This document shows positions 1-8,864 of a DNA stretch of 64,000 nt, piece by piece. The DNA lies in the NCBI GenBank assembly GCA_964554645.1, contig CAZKPK010000002.1:1788-65787 (forward strand), in the 5' to 3' direction. Both the position numbers and the translations under genes were made by a program. The notes under the pieces were generated by a model. It was given only the letters and a program-made list of their open reading frames with translations. It was not told the DNA's origin and made no database searches. Within the stretch, counting starts at the first letter, position 1. The number at the start of each line of letters is the position of its first letter. The stretch comes from an uncultured Candidatus Saccharibacteria bacterium (GTDB lineage: Bacteria > Patescibacteriota > Minisyncoccia > Phycocordibacterales > UBA9973).

Positions 1-129
1 TACTATGACAGTTTTACTTTGAGTTTCTTGTTTTCTAAATTTTAAGTGACTGCCTTTTTGAGATATAAAAACAAAACCATTATTTTCTAGAATTTTTATT
101 ACTTGTCTAGAAGATAAAAGTTTAGGCAT
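1..129 (-). CDS. hicA: HicA-family toxin, N-terminal part; the gene runs off the window start
   Basis: Reverse-strand translation from the ATG at 129-127 reads MPKLLSSRQVIKILENNGFVFISQKGSHLKFRKQETQSKTVIV, which carries the HicA signature (KILEnnGF...kGSH). The ATG overlaps the stop codon of the upstream antitoxin ORF. It is absent from the ORF track because it is truncated by the window edge. Confidence 0.6.
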   Translation of the reverse strand, partial: MPKLLSSRQVIKILENNGFVFISQKGSHLKFRKQETQSKTVIV

Positions 130-340
130 AACTCAACGCTAAAGACATAAGTTCTGCGCTCTTTACTTCTTGTATCTTAGAAATTTTGGCATCTTCAAAA
201 TAAAGATCCAAAGCTTCACTTAAATTTTTCAGGGCCTCGTTTTTAGTTTTACCAAAACTAGAGATATCAATATTCAAACATTGAGAAACATAATATTTTC
301 CTTCTTTCCAAACCACATTTTGGAAGTTAAATTTCTTCAT
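122..340 (-). CDS. hicB: HicB-family antitoxin (UPF0150-like)
   Basis: A 72-aa protein whose size and sequence pattern (KEGKYYVSQCLNIDISSFGKTKNEALKNLSEAL) are typical of HicB. It forms an overlapping pair with hicA. Confidence 0.65.
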   Translation of the reverse strand: MKKFNFQNVVWKEGKYYVSQCLNIDISSFGKTKNEALKNLSEALDLYFEDAKISKIQEVKSAELMSLALSYA

Positions 341-405
341 AAATATATTGTAGCATAACTTATTTATTTGGCAAACGGATGAATTTTAGGGTATGATGGA
401 AGCAT

Positions 406-891
406 ATGCGAGAATATGATCATAAAAAGATAGAACCTCAAAAAGGAATAACTGTTATAGAATTATTGGTGGTCTTGGCAGTGTTAGGTATTATAATGGC
501 AGTCGCGCTTCCGCAGTTTGCTAAAATAAAAGAAAATCAAGTGTTGAAAAATGGAGTTGGAGATATTTTATCGTCTCTAAACAAAGCGCGTTCGCAAACT
601 CTTTCGTCCTTAAATTCTTCGGAATACGGGGCGCATTTTCAATCCGATAAAGTTGTAATTTTTAAAGGCAGAGTTTTTTCGTCTGGGGATGCAAATAATG
701 AAAGTATTAGCGTCACAACGCCCGCCAGTATTACCAATGTTACCTTAGGTGGTGTGAGCGGAACTTTTGGCGATATGTATTTTAATCGTCTCTCTGGAAG
801 TCCAAGCGCGACTGGCGCCGTCACTATCTCTACCCCAAACTATTCAAAAATTATTTCAATTTCTGCCACTGGTATGGCGAGTGTGAATTAG
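406..891 (+). CDS. type IV minor pilin / pseudopilin (GspH/FimT-like)
   Basis: The N-terminus carries a prepilin cleavage/methylation motif (QKG|ITVIELLVVLAVLGII) followed by a hydrophobic helix. It is the first gene of a four-gene pilin cluster. Confidence 0.6.
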   Translation: MREYDHKKIEPQKGITVIELLVVLAVLGIIMAVALPQFAKIKENQVLKNGVGDILSSLNKARSQTLSSLNSSEYGAHFQSDKVVIFKGRVFSSGDANNESISVTTPASITNVTLGGVSGTFGDMYFNRLSGSPSATGAVTISTPNYSKIISISATGMASVN

Positions 892-957
892 GTGGGATTT
901 ACCCCCACACCTTTCCTTGCGTCGCAAAATTTGCCAGTCTATTATCTAGATATAAAA

Positions 958-1434
958 ATGAAACATCTTTTAAAAAACATAATTCTCAGAAAAAATTCCT
1001 ATTTGGCGGGGGCAAAAACGCAAGGAAAGGTGTGGGGGTTTATGGTCGTTGAGGTATTGGTGGCTACCTCGATTATCACCGCTTCCATTTTGGCTACGAT
1101 GGTCGTCGCGCAAAAATCTGTTTATGTTGCTCGCCAAGCTCTTCATACAACCCAAGCAGCCTTTTTATTGGAAGAAGGAGCGGAAGCGGTCCGGATACTT
1201 AGAGACAATGCGTGGAGCAATATAGTTTCTCTTAATTCTTCGGAGTCCATAGGTATTTTTACCAGAACGGTTGTCGCTTCGAGTGTGAATCGTGATAATA
1301 CCACCAAAGATATATCTTCTACGGGCACGGACGATCCCGGAACAAAATTAGTGACCGTGGCAATATCTTGGCCAGAAGGGGGAGTGGTCGTGACCAAGAC
1401 TTTACAATTTTATATATCTGATATTTTTTCTTAA
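958..1434 (+). CDS. type IV minor pilin (PilV-like); the likely true start is the ATG at 958 inside the 892 ORF
   Basis: The region downstream of the internal Met reads ...KVWG|FMVVEVLVATSIITASIL, a prepilin signal. The conserved ...EEGAEAVRILRD motif is also present. Confidence 0.55.
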   Translation: MKHLLKNIILRKNSYLAGAKTQGKVWGFMVVEVLVATSIITASILATMVVAQKSVYVARQALHTTQAAFLLEEGAEAVRILRDNAWSNIVSLNSSESIGIFTRTVVASSVNRDNTTKDISSTGTDDPGTKLVTVAISWPEGGVVVTKTLQFYISDIFS

Positions 1435-1442
1435 CCAAAAAT

Positions 1443-2000
1443 ATGCCCAGCATGATTTTACTAAATCAAATGAAAAATTTTTTCAAACAAAAAAATAAAG
1501 GCCGAAAGGTCCTGAGCGAAGCGAAGGGTTATGCGATCCTAGAACTTCTTTTTTATATTGCCTTTTTTGCCATTTTTTCTTTGATAGTGATTAACGCAAT
1601 GATTACAATGACAAAATCATTTCGAGAAACTTCCATATACGGAGAATTGGCGCAAAGCGGAGTCATAATGGAAAGGATGTCTAGAGAAATTAGGCAAGCT
1701 TATGACATAAGCTCCATTGGCGCGAATAATTTAAAACTCAATACCAAAGATGATGCTGGCGCGAACAAAACAATAGAGTTTTTACTTTCTGGCTTTAATT
1801 TGCAACTTCTTGAGAATAATATTTTTACGGGGAATTTAAATGCGCCCAATATCGCTGTTACCGTCCTCGCTTTTTCACAAATAACCACTGTTAAAGGAAA
1901 AGCGGTCAAAATATTTCTGACAGTCAAGTCAAACAATGACGCGCTAAACCGCACTTTTGATTTTTATGACACGATTGTGCTAAGAGGAGCTTATCAATAA
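1443..2000 (+). CDS. type IV minor pilin (PilW-like)
   Basis: It has the prepilin-like motif AKG|YAILELLFYIAFFAIFSLIV. It lies inside the pilin operon. Confidence 0.5.
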   Translation: MPSMILLNQMKNFFKQKNKGRKVLSEAKGYAILELLFYIAFFAIFSLIVINAMITMTKSFRETSIYGELAQSGVIMERMSREIRQAYDISSIGANNLKLNTKDDAGANKTIEFLLSGFNLQLLENNIFTGNLNAPNIAVTVLAFSQITTVKGKAVKIFLTVKSNNDALNRTFDFYDTIVLRGAYQ

Positions 2001-2001
2001 A

Positions 2002-3294
2002 ATGAAAAAATTAAATTTTAAAAAAATTAAGAAAAATAAAGGAGCGGCTATGCTGATCTCTGTCGTCTTTTTTCTTTTTATTTCTTTGGCGATAATTTCT
2101 GGGCTGGTAGGGCCAACAGTGCGTGAATTTAAAAATGTCACGATGAATTTTGATTCAAAAAAATCTTATTTTTTGGCCGAATCGGGAAGCGAAGACGCGC
2201 TTTATCGGATACTAAACAATCTGGCTATCGGGAGCAGCGAAACAATTACTTTAGATTCTAATTCGGCTACGACAACGGTTGACACTATTTTGGGTAATAA
2301 AGAAATTAGTTCACTTGGAGACGTGGGGAGCTTGCAACGAAAGACAAAGCTTGCGCTTTCCACCGGTCCGGGCGCTTCTTTTAACTATGGTGTGCAAGTT
2401 GGACAGGGAGGGCTTGTTTTAGAAAATACCGCCAGAATAACTGGCAATGTTTATTCCAGTGGAACTATCACTGTTTCTGACAATACTGTATATGGTGACG
2501 CTATTTCAGCTGGCGCAACGGGATTAATTAATAATATCCATACCACAGGCTCTGCTTATGCTCATACAATCCAAAATTCCGACATAGATATGGATGCTTA
2601 TTATGCGATAAAAACCAATACCACAGTTGGTGGAACTTCCTATCCAAATAGCCCAGATCAGCCTGTTGCTAGTATGCCGATTTCTGATAACCAGATTGCC
2701 GATCTGGAAGCTGACGCTCTGGCCGGGGGCATTTTCAGTTCGCCTTGTCCATACACGATTAACTCCGATAGAACATTAGGTCCCGTAAAAATAACTTGTG
2801 ATTTGGAAATTAGCGGCGATCCCACCGTTACCCTTAATGGCTCGGTATGGGTTACTGGTAACGTTTTAATACAAAATAGCGCCATTATTGAAGCTTCCGC
2901 CGATTTGGGAAACAAGAGTGTTGCCATTATCGCTGATAATCCAAACAACAGAACATCAAGCAGTCAAATTGATTTAAAAAATAGTTCTCAATTTTCCGGT
3001 TCCGGATCTGCCGGCTCATTTGTCTTTTTGATCTCTCAAAACAATAGCGCTGAATTGGGAGGAGACGAAGATGCTATTTCTATGGACAACTCTTCCAGCG
3101 GGTCTGTAGTTTTGTATGCCGGTCATGGTTTAATAAACATCCAAAATAGCGCTACCTTGAAAGAGGTGACGGGATACAAATTAAAAGTTAAAAATTCAGC
3201 CAATATTATTTATGATACTGGATTAACGAGCACTTTATTCACATCGGGTCCGGGAGGAGGATACGAAATAATTGGCTGGAAAGAAAGTCAATAA
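2002..3294 (+). CDS. PilX-like pilus assembly / tip-associated minor pilin
   Basis: The N-terminal hydrophobic segment is followed by a PilX_N-like motif (FLAESGSEDALYRIL). The rest is a long Ser/Thr/Asn/Gly-rich extracellular region. Confidence 0.5.
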   Translation: MKKLNFKKIKKNKGAAMLISVVFFLFISLAIISGLVGPTVREFKNVTMNFDSKKSYFLAESGSEDALYRILNNLAIGSSETITLDSNSATTTVDTILGNKEISSLGDVGSLQRKTKLALSTGPGASFNYGVQVGQGGLVLENTARITGNVYSSGTITVSDNTVYGDAISAGATGLINNIHTTGSAYAHTIQNSDIDMDAYYAIKTNTTVGGTSYPNSPDQPVASMPISDNQIADLEADALAGGIFSSPCPYTINSDRTLGPVKITCDLEISGDPTVTLNGSVWVTGNVLIQNSAIIEASADLGNKSVAIIADNPNNRTSSSQIDLKNSSQFSGSGSAGSFVFLISQNNSAELGGDEDAISMDNSSSGSVVLYAGHGLINIQNSATLKEVTGYKLKVKNSANIIYDTGLTSTLFTSGPGGGYEIIGWKESQ

Positions 3295-3300
3295 ATTAGG

Positions 3301-3333
3301 TTGTAGTTTCTAGGTTCTAGGTGCTAGAATAGA
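3301..3333. repeat. CTAG-rich intergenic array (ctaggttctaggtgctagaa)
   Basis: Overlapping palindromic CTAG units are seen directly. Related arrays occur at 18141, 42483 and 48601. Confidence 0.5.
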
Positions 3334-3336
3334 CAA

Positions 3337-4104
3337 ATGTCTAAAAAAATTATTATCGGCAATTGGAAAATGAATCCGCCCACCTTGAAAGAAGCGGAGA
3401 AATTGTTTGCTGACGTGGCGAAAGGTGTTTCGGCGGTAAAAAAAACGGAAATCGTCATATGCCCGCCGTTTATCTACTTAAATAAATTAACAAAAATTAA
3501 AACTGATAAAATAAAGCTCGGCGCGCAGAATGTTTTTTATGAAGAGGCGGGGGCTTATACCGGAGAAGTTTCGGCCCTCATGCTAGAGAACATCGGGGTA
3601 AAATATGTTCTAGTTGGACACTCGAAAAGGCGAGAGCTGGGGGAAACGAATTTTGATGTTAACCGGAAAGTAAAAGTTTCACTGCAAGTGGGGCTTGCGC
3701 CGATACTTTGTGTGGGAGAAAATTTACGGGACGAAAATCATGATTATTTTAAGCTGGTCGAGACCCAAGTTGTTGAATCGCTGGAAGGTGTTTCCAAAGA
3801 CTTTCTCTCCAAAATCATCATTGCTTATGAACCCGTTTGGGCGATTTCTACCACCCCCAACCGCCAGGATGCCACCCCGCATGATTCTGAAGAAATGGCT
3901 ATTTTTATAAAAAGAATTCTGGTTGATAAGTTCGGCGTAAAAATTAAAATGCCAAAAATTATTTATGGAGGAGATATAAATGAAAAAAACATCGGGGAGT
4001 TTTTAAAAGCTGGCGGAGTCGAAGGCGCGCTGATTGGTCGCGCGAGCCTAGATGTGAAAAAATTTATAGAGATTGTTAAAATATGCGAAGCCTTGAGCAA
4101 ATAA
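3337..4104 (+). CDS. tpiA: triosephosphate isomerase
   Basis: The N-terminal IIIGNWKMN motif and the active-site HSKRR and VGE motifs match TIM. Its length is also right for TIM. Confidence 0.9.
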   Translation: MSKKIIIGNWKMNPPTLKEAEKLFADVAKGVSAVKKTEIVICPPFIYLNKLTKIKTDKIKLGAQNVFYEEAGAYTGEVSALMLENIGVKYVLVGHSKRRELGETNFDVNRKVKVSLQVGLAPILCVGENLRDENHDYFKLVETQVVESLEGVSKDFLSKIIIAYEPVWAISTTPNRQDATPHDSEEMAIFIKRILVDKFGVKIKMPKIIYGGDINEKNIGEFLKAGGVEGALIGRASLDVKKFIEIVKICEALSK

Positions 4105-5180
4105 AAGACATCAAAGACAAAACTGTAATCGTGCGGGTGGATTTTAACGTGCCCATCAAGAACGATGAAGTAGAAGATGATTTTAAGATTAGAGCGGCAT
4201 TACCGACGATAAATTTTTTATTAAAAAAAGGCGCGAAAATTATTTTGGTTACCCACTTAGGCAAAAGCCTGTCCGCCTCTGGCGGAATGGTAGCCAACCT
4301 AGAGCCAGTTATTCAACGTTTTTGGGAAGTGGCTAAGTTTAAAAAAGATCGGATAGAATTTTTTGAAAATGCGCGAAAATTTCCGGGGGAAGAAAAAAAT
4401 GACCCTGTTTTTGCAAAAAAGCTTGCCCGCTTGGGTGATATTTATGTGAACGACGCTTTTTCTGTTTCACACAGAGAACATGCTTCTATTGTTTTATTAC
4501 CAAAACTTCTTCCATCTTATGCCGGATTCCAGCTGGAGAAAGAAATAAAAAATTTATCTCGCGCTTTTGAAAAACCGAAGCACCCGTTTTTATTTATTTT
4601 GGGCGGCGCGAAGTTTTCTACTAAAATACCCTTGATTGAAAAATATTTAAAATTGGCCGACCAAGTTTTTGTCGGTGGAGCGTTGGCGCATAACTTTTTT
4701 AGAGCGAAAGGTTATGAGGTGGGGCAATCTTTTATCAATGATCCAAATTATGAAATTAAAAAATTGTTTAAAAATGAAAAATTAATTTTACCAGTTGACG
4801 TGATTGTAAGGTCTGGGAATAAATTAATTAATAAAAGAGCAAATCAGGTTGGGAAAAATGAAATTATTTTAGATATTGGGGCTGAAACGGTAAAAAATCT
4901 GGCATCCATGATTAAAAAATCAAAATTTATTCTCTGGAATGGTCCGCTTGGTAAATATGAGGATAAGGGAGGCAAAGCCACTAAACAAGTTTTAGAATTC
5001 GTCCTAAAATCAAAAGCGGAAATTATAATTGGGGGAGGGGATATCGTGTCTGTTTTTTCTTCGCTAAAACCTAGTAGCTCTCAGCTAGAACCTAATTTAT
5101 TTGTATCTACTGGCGGCGGAGCGACACTGGATTTTCTGGCAAATGGCACTCTCCCGGGCATCAAAGCCCTCCTTCGTTGA
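4083..5180 (+). CDS. pgk: phosphoglycerate kinase
   Basis: The N-terminal KDKTVIVRVDFNVP motif matches PGK. The gene sits immediately downstream of tpiA. Confidence 0.85.
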   Translation: MRSLEQIKDIKDKTVIVRVDFNVPIKNDEVEDDFKIRAALPTINFLLKKGAKIILVTHLGKSLSASGGMVANLEPVIQRFWEVAKFKKDRIEFFENARKFPGEEKNDPVFAKKLARLGDIYVNDAFSVSHREHASIVLLPKLLPSYAGFQLEKEIKNLSRAFEKPKHPFLFILGGAKFSTKIPLIEKYLKLADQVFVGGALAHNFFRAKGYEVGQSFINDPNYEIKKLFKNEKLILPVDVIVRSGNKLINKRANQVGKNEIILDIGAETVKNLASMIKKSKFILWNGPLGKYEDKGGKATKQVLEFVLKSKAEIIIGGGDIVSVFSSLKPSSSQLEPNLFVSTGGGATLDFLANGTLPGIKALLR

Positions 5181-5182
5181 AA

Positions 5183-5602
5183 CTACGGGCGGGCAAGCGC
5201 TTGAGTAATTTTTTTTACCACCACTTTCTCTTCGCCTTTTTGATATAGCCTTTTCCCATGCCACGAGCCAAAACCATCGTTGGCAATTCTCGGAATTACA
5301 TGGATATGCGAATGAAAAACTGCTTGTCCCGCAGCTGGATCATTGTTTATCGTTACATTTATACCGTCGGCGTTTAACCCTTCTTTGATTGCGTGAGATA
5401 TTTTTTTTACAGTTTTCATCATATCCAATAATATTTCTTCCGGAGTTTCATATATATTAATGTAATGTTTTCTCGGTATAACCAAGGAATGTCCAATATT
5501 TACCGGAGTGATGTCTAAAAAAGCCAAAGTGGTTTTATCTTCGTATACCTTTTGACATGGTATTTCTCCTTTAACTATTTTACAAAAAATGCAGTCTGAC
5601 AT
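5183..5602 (-). CDS. HIT-family (histidine triad) nucleotide hydrolase
   Basis: It has the HSHIHVIPR histidine-triad motif and an N-terminal CIFCKI. Its 139-aa length fits the family. Confidence 0.85.
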   Translation of the reverse strand: MSDCIFCKIVKGEIPCQKVYEDKTTLAFLDITPVNIGHSLVIPRKHYINIYETPEEILLDMMKTVKKISHAIKEGLNADGINVTINNDPAAGQAVFHSHIHVIPRIANDGFGSWHGKRLYQKGEEKVVVKKITQALARP

Positions 5603-5638
5603 ACTGCTATTATAGCAAACTGTGGTAAAATTTCATTT

Positions 5639-7366
5639 ATGTCTGAATTACTTGATATTTTGCTTGAAAAAAGAGGAATTGTGGATTCAGCGCAAGCGGA
5701 AATTTTTTTGAACCCAGATTACAAGCGAGATTTATACGACCCTTTTCTGATGAAAGATATGGAAAAAGCTTGTGTTCGTCTTTTTGAAGCAATAGAAGCA
5801 AAAGAAAAAATAGTTATTTACGCGGATTATGATTGCGATGGAATTCCGGGAGCCGTTATTTTGACTGACTTATTTAAGTTATTAAACATACCTGTTGAAG
5901 TTTACCCCCACACCAAATCTTTTGGTGTGGGGGTGTATATTCCGCAAAGAAATTCTGAAGGTTACGGGTTGAATCTTGATGCGATAAAAATTTTTGCCAA
6001 GTCTGAAGTGAAACTTCTAATAACCGTTGACCTTGGCATTACTGCAGTTGCCGAAGTGGCTCAAGCAGAGGTAGATGGTATCGATGTGATAATTACCGAT
6101 CATCATTTACCTCGCCAAAGCTCAAGCGACGGCGGGCCCGCCTTCGATCTTCCCAGAGCTTACGCGATTTTAAATCCAAAAGTGGATAATTATCCGGAAA
6201 AAATGTTGTGCGGGGCAGGTGTGGCATTTAAATTAGCGCAAGGATTCATAAAAAAGTATGGAGAATATTTTAAAATCAAAGATGGCGCGGAAAAATGGAT
6301 GCTGGATATGGCGGGTTTGGCGACGCTTTCTGATATGGTTCCGCTTCTGGGAGAAAACAGGGCTCTGGCGTATTTCGGAGTGAAAGTTTTGAAAAAATCT
6401 CCCCGTCCGGGCTTACAAAAACTTCTGGCAAAAATGAATATTGATCAGAGATATCTTTCGGAAGATGATATTGGTTTTATGATTACCCCCAGACTAAACG
6501 CGGCTTCCAGAATGGGCGATCCAATGCGGGCATTTGAACTTCTGGCGACCGAAGATGAAACGGAAGCCGGCGCGCTCGCAGACCATTTATCTGCAATAAA
6601 TGACGAAAGAAAAACTATCGTTACGGGAATTATGCGCGAAGTCAACAAGAAGTTTCAAAAGCGCGAGTCTCGGGAGGTAATAGTGATAGGCAATCCAAAT
6701 TGGCGCGTGGGAGTTTTAGGGCTGGTGGCCGGGAAAATTTCCGATGAATGTCAAAAACCTGTTTTTGTTTGGGGGAAGGATGAAAACGATTGCATTAAAG
6801 GTTCTTGCCGGAGCGATGGCTCGGTATCCATAGTAGAACTTATGACCGCGACCAGCGAATCATTCATAGATTTCGGCGGACACGAACTGGCTGGAGGATT
6901 TACTGTCCGCAATGATAAAATTCATTTTTTGGAAGAGGCTTTATCTGCGACTTTTAATAAAATGCAAAATTCAGAAAAAGGACAGTCCTTAAAGAATTCA
7001 AAAAGGACAGTCCTTGAAAAAGCTGATTTTGGTGGAGATTTAGATATTGTAAGTATGAAAAATTGGCGAGAAATAGAAAAAATGTCGCCTTTTGGTTTAG
7101 GAAATCCCAAGCCCGTTTTTCTCTTTCCTAATGTCAAAATAGAAAAAATAAAAAAATTCGGCAAAAATGGTTCTGGCGAACATCTGGAAATTACCTTTTC
7201 CGATTCTAGTAAAAATAAAGCGAAAGCTGTTTCTTTTTTTTCTAACATTGATTCTTTTAAAAACACTCTAGCAGAAGGATTAGCCGTGAGCCTGCTCGCT
7301 ACTTTTGATCTATCTAGATTTCGAGGCAGAGAAGAGTTAAGATTAAGAATTGTTGATATACTTTAA
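5639..7366 (+). CDS. recJ: single-stranded-DNA-specific exonuclease RecJ
   Basis: It has the DHH-family motifs DYDCDGI and ITDHH, and is about 575 aa long. Confidence 0.85.
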   Translation: MSELLDILLEKRGIVDSAQAEIFLNPDYKRDLYDPFLMKDMEKACVRLFEAIEAKEKIVIYADYDCDGIPGAVILTDLFKLLNIPVEVYPHTKSFGVGVYIPQRNSEGYGLNLDAIKIFAKSEVKLLITVDLGITAVAEVAQAEVDGIDVIITDHHLPRQSSSDGGPAFDLPRAYAILNPKVDNYPEKMLCGAGVAFKLAQGFIKKYGEYFKIKDGAEKWMLDMAGLATLSDMVPLLGENRALAYFGVKVLKKSPRPGLQKLLAKMNIDQRYLSEDDIGFMITPRLNAASRMGDPMRAFELLATEDETEAGALADHLSAINDERKTIVTGIMREVNKKFQKRESREVIVIGNPNWRVGVLGLVAGKISDECQKPVFVWGKDENDCIKGSCRSDGSVSIVELMTATSESFIDFGGHELAGGFTVRNDKIHFLEEALSATFNKMQNSEKGQSLKNSKRTVLEKADFGGDLDIVSMKNWREIEKMSPFGLGNPKPVFLFPNVKIEKIKKFGKNGSGEHLEITFSDSSKNKAKAVSFFSNIDSFKNTLAEGLAVSLLATFDLSRFRGREELRLRIVDIL

Positions 7367-7368
7367 AT

Positions 7369-7857
7369 ATGTCCAAGAAAGAAGAAATAAAAATTTATAC
7401 CGATGGGGCGGCGAAGGGGAATCCGGGACGTGCTGGCTGGGGCGCTGTATTTTTATTTGGCAAAAAAATCTTGGAAATCGGCGGGGGAATAGATCATGCC
7501 ACAAATAATCAAATGGAATTAACTGCTCCAATAGAGGCTTTAAAATATGTTAAAGATGGTATGTCAAAGAGACACTTTGACATTAAGGAAATAGAAATCA
7601 TTTCTGATTCAAAATATGTGATTTTGGGAATCACTGAATGGATTTTTAATTGGCAGAAAAATAATTGGCGAAATGCCAATAAAAAACCGGTTTTGAATCG
7701 CGAACTCTGGGAAGAACTCTATGAGCTTACGCAAGAATTAAAGCCGAAATGGACGTATGTCAAAGGACACAATGAAAATAAATATAATGACCGCGCCGAT
7801 TTCATCGCCACCAGTTTTGCCGAAGGCGAACCAGTGGAATTTCTAAATGCGAGATAA
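7369..7857 (+). CDS. rnhA: ribonuclease HI
   Basis: It has YTDGAAKGNPG and the acidic DEDD residues (NNQMEL, SDSKYV, NDRADF). Confidence 0.85.
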   Translation: MSKKEEIKIYTDGAAKGNPGRAGWGAVFLFGKKILEIGGGIDHATNNQMELTAPIEALKYVKDGMSKRHFDIKEIEIISDSKYVILGITEWIFNWQKNNWRNANKKPVLNRELWEELYELTQELKPKWTYVKGHNENKYNDRADFIATSFAEGEPVEFLNAR

Positions 7858-8152
7858 AATTTTTTATGCAATTTGTTTTGGTTTTATTTTCGGAGTGCTG
7901 TTGCGCTCTTTTTTATTTATGAATGTTTATTTTGCTATTTTATTTAGTTTAATTTCTTTTGCACTGATTTTATTTTTCTTCGTCCGCCGGAGCTTTAGCG
8001 AAGGAGGATCCTTTACTTCTTTTAATAAATGGGGAATTATAACTTCCGTTTTTGTTCTGACATTCTCACTTGGAATTTTTAGATTTCAGATGCTTGTAGC
8101 CATCCGACGACTCCAATTCGATATTAGTTTTCCACAGCTATGCTTGCACTGA
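7847..8152 (+). pseudogene. displaced and diverged 5' fragment of comEC (101 codons)
   Basis: Its N-terminus (MRDKIFYAICFGFIFGVL...WGIITSVFVLTFSLGIFRFQM) is a diverged duplicate of the first ~80 codons of the full-length ComEC ORF at 8865. It then diverges from that gene and terminates. Confidence 0.6.
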
Positions 8153-8178
8153 AGGTCATCTTAAGTTAAACTTTAAAC

Positions 8179-8445
8179 ATGATTACAAAAACAAAAAATA
8201 TGACCAATATTATTGGTTTTAAGGAGCTTCGACAAAATGCGGATAAATATATTTCTGCCGTAGAAAAAGGCAGGACTTTTACTGTTGTTCGGCGTTCAAG
8301 ACCAATATTTAAAATGATGCCAGTTGACGAGTGGGGGGATGAAGGAGTCTGGGAAACGGTTGTTGATTTCACTAAATTAAAAAAAGGCGGAGTAAAAGCC
8401 GAGGAAGTTCTTGCCAGCTTGAAGCGTCTCGCGGCATATGAATAA
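8179..8445 (+). CDS. Phd/YefM-family antitoxin
   Basis: An 88-aa protein matching the Phd/YefM antitoxin fold pattern (NIIGFKELRQNADKYISAVEKGRTFTVVRRSRPIFKMMPVDEW). Confidence 0.6.
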   Translation: MITKTKNMTNIIGFKELRQNADKYISAVEKGRTFTVVRRSRPIFKMMPVDEWGDEGVWETVVDFTKLKKGGVKAEEVLASLKRLAAYE

Positions 8446-8671
8446 AATTGATAAATTTCTTTTTAAACTGGACAAGAAAATTCGCGCAGTTGCGATGGTG
8501 GCAATTGCTTCAATTTTAAAAAGAGATACATCAATGCTCAATATAAAAAATTAAAAGGAAGTGAAAATAGATATAGAGTGAGAGTTGGTAGAATACGAAT
8601 TACCTTTGACCAGACAAATTACGGAAACAAAATACAGGATATTTCTTTCCGCAACGATAATACATATAACT
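8438..8671 (+). pseudogene. RelE/ParE-family toxin gene, frameshifted
   Basis: The ATG overlaps the antitoxin stop codon (tATGaataa). Frame 1 reads MNKIDKFLFKLDKKIRAVAMVAIASILKRDTSMLNIKN and then stops. A +1 shift at an A-run (ataaaaaattaaaagg) continues as KKLKGSENRYRVRVGRIRITFDQTNYGNKIQDISFRNDNTYN, which has the toxin signature (KkLkGsen.YRvRvG.yRi). Neither piece reaches 60 aa, so neither appears in the ORF track. Confidence 0.55.
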
Positions 8672-8794
8672 AATATCAAAAATTGACAGCCGGGTGAAGA
8701 TGATGACATTATTGCGTTTAGGTAAAGGAAATTAAGGGCTTTTTAACAATCCCGACGACCATCGGGACAAGTTTAATAATTTGACAATTGGGTC

Positions 8795-8822
8795 CCTGGC
8801 CATTTTATGGCCAGGATTTTTG
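8795..8822 (+). terminator. intrinsic terminator-like hairpin (cctggccat-ttt-atggccagg followed by a T-run)
   Basis: A perfect 9-bp stem with a 3-nt loop is followed by atttttggg. It lies downstream of the toxin-antitoxin cassette. Confidence 0.5.
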
Positions 8823-8864
8823 GGTATTATGCCGAAAATTTCGTAAATTTGTTATACTTTTTAA

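Noticed and set aside
7847-8152. The 101-aa ORF as an independent small membrane protein gene
   Set aside because: Its first about 80 codons, and even the upstream rnhA 3' codons, are a diverged duplicate of the comEC 5' end. It is therefore best explained as a displaced gene fragment.
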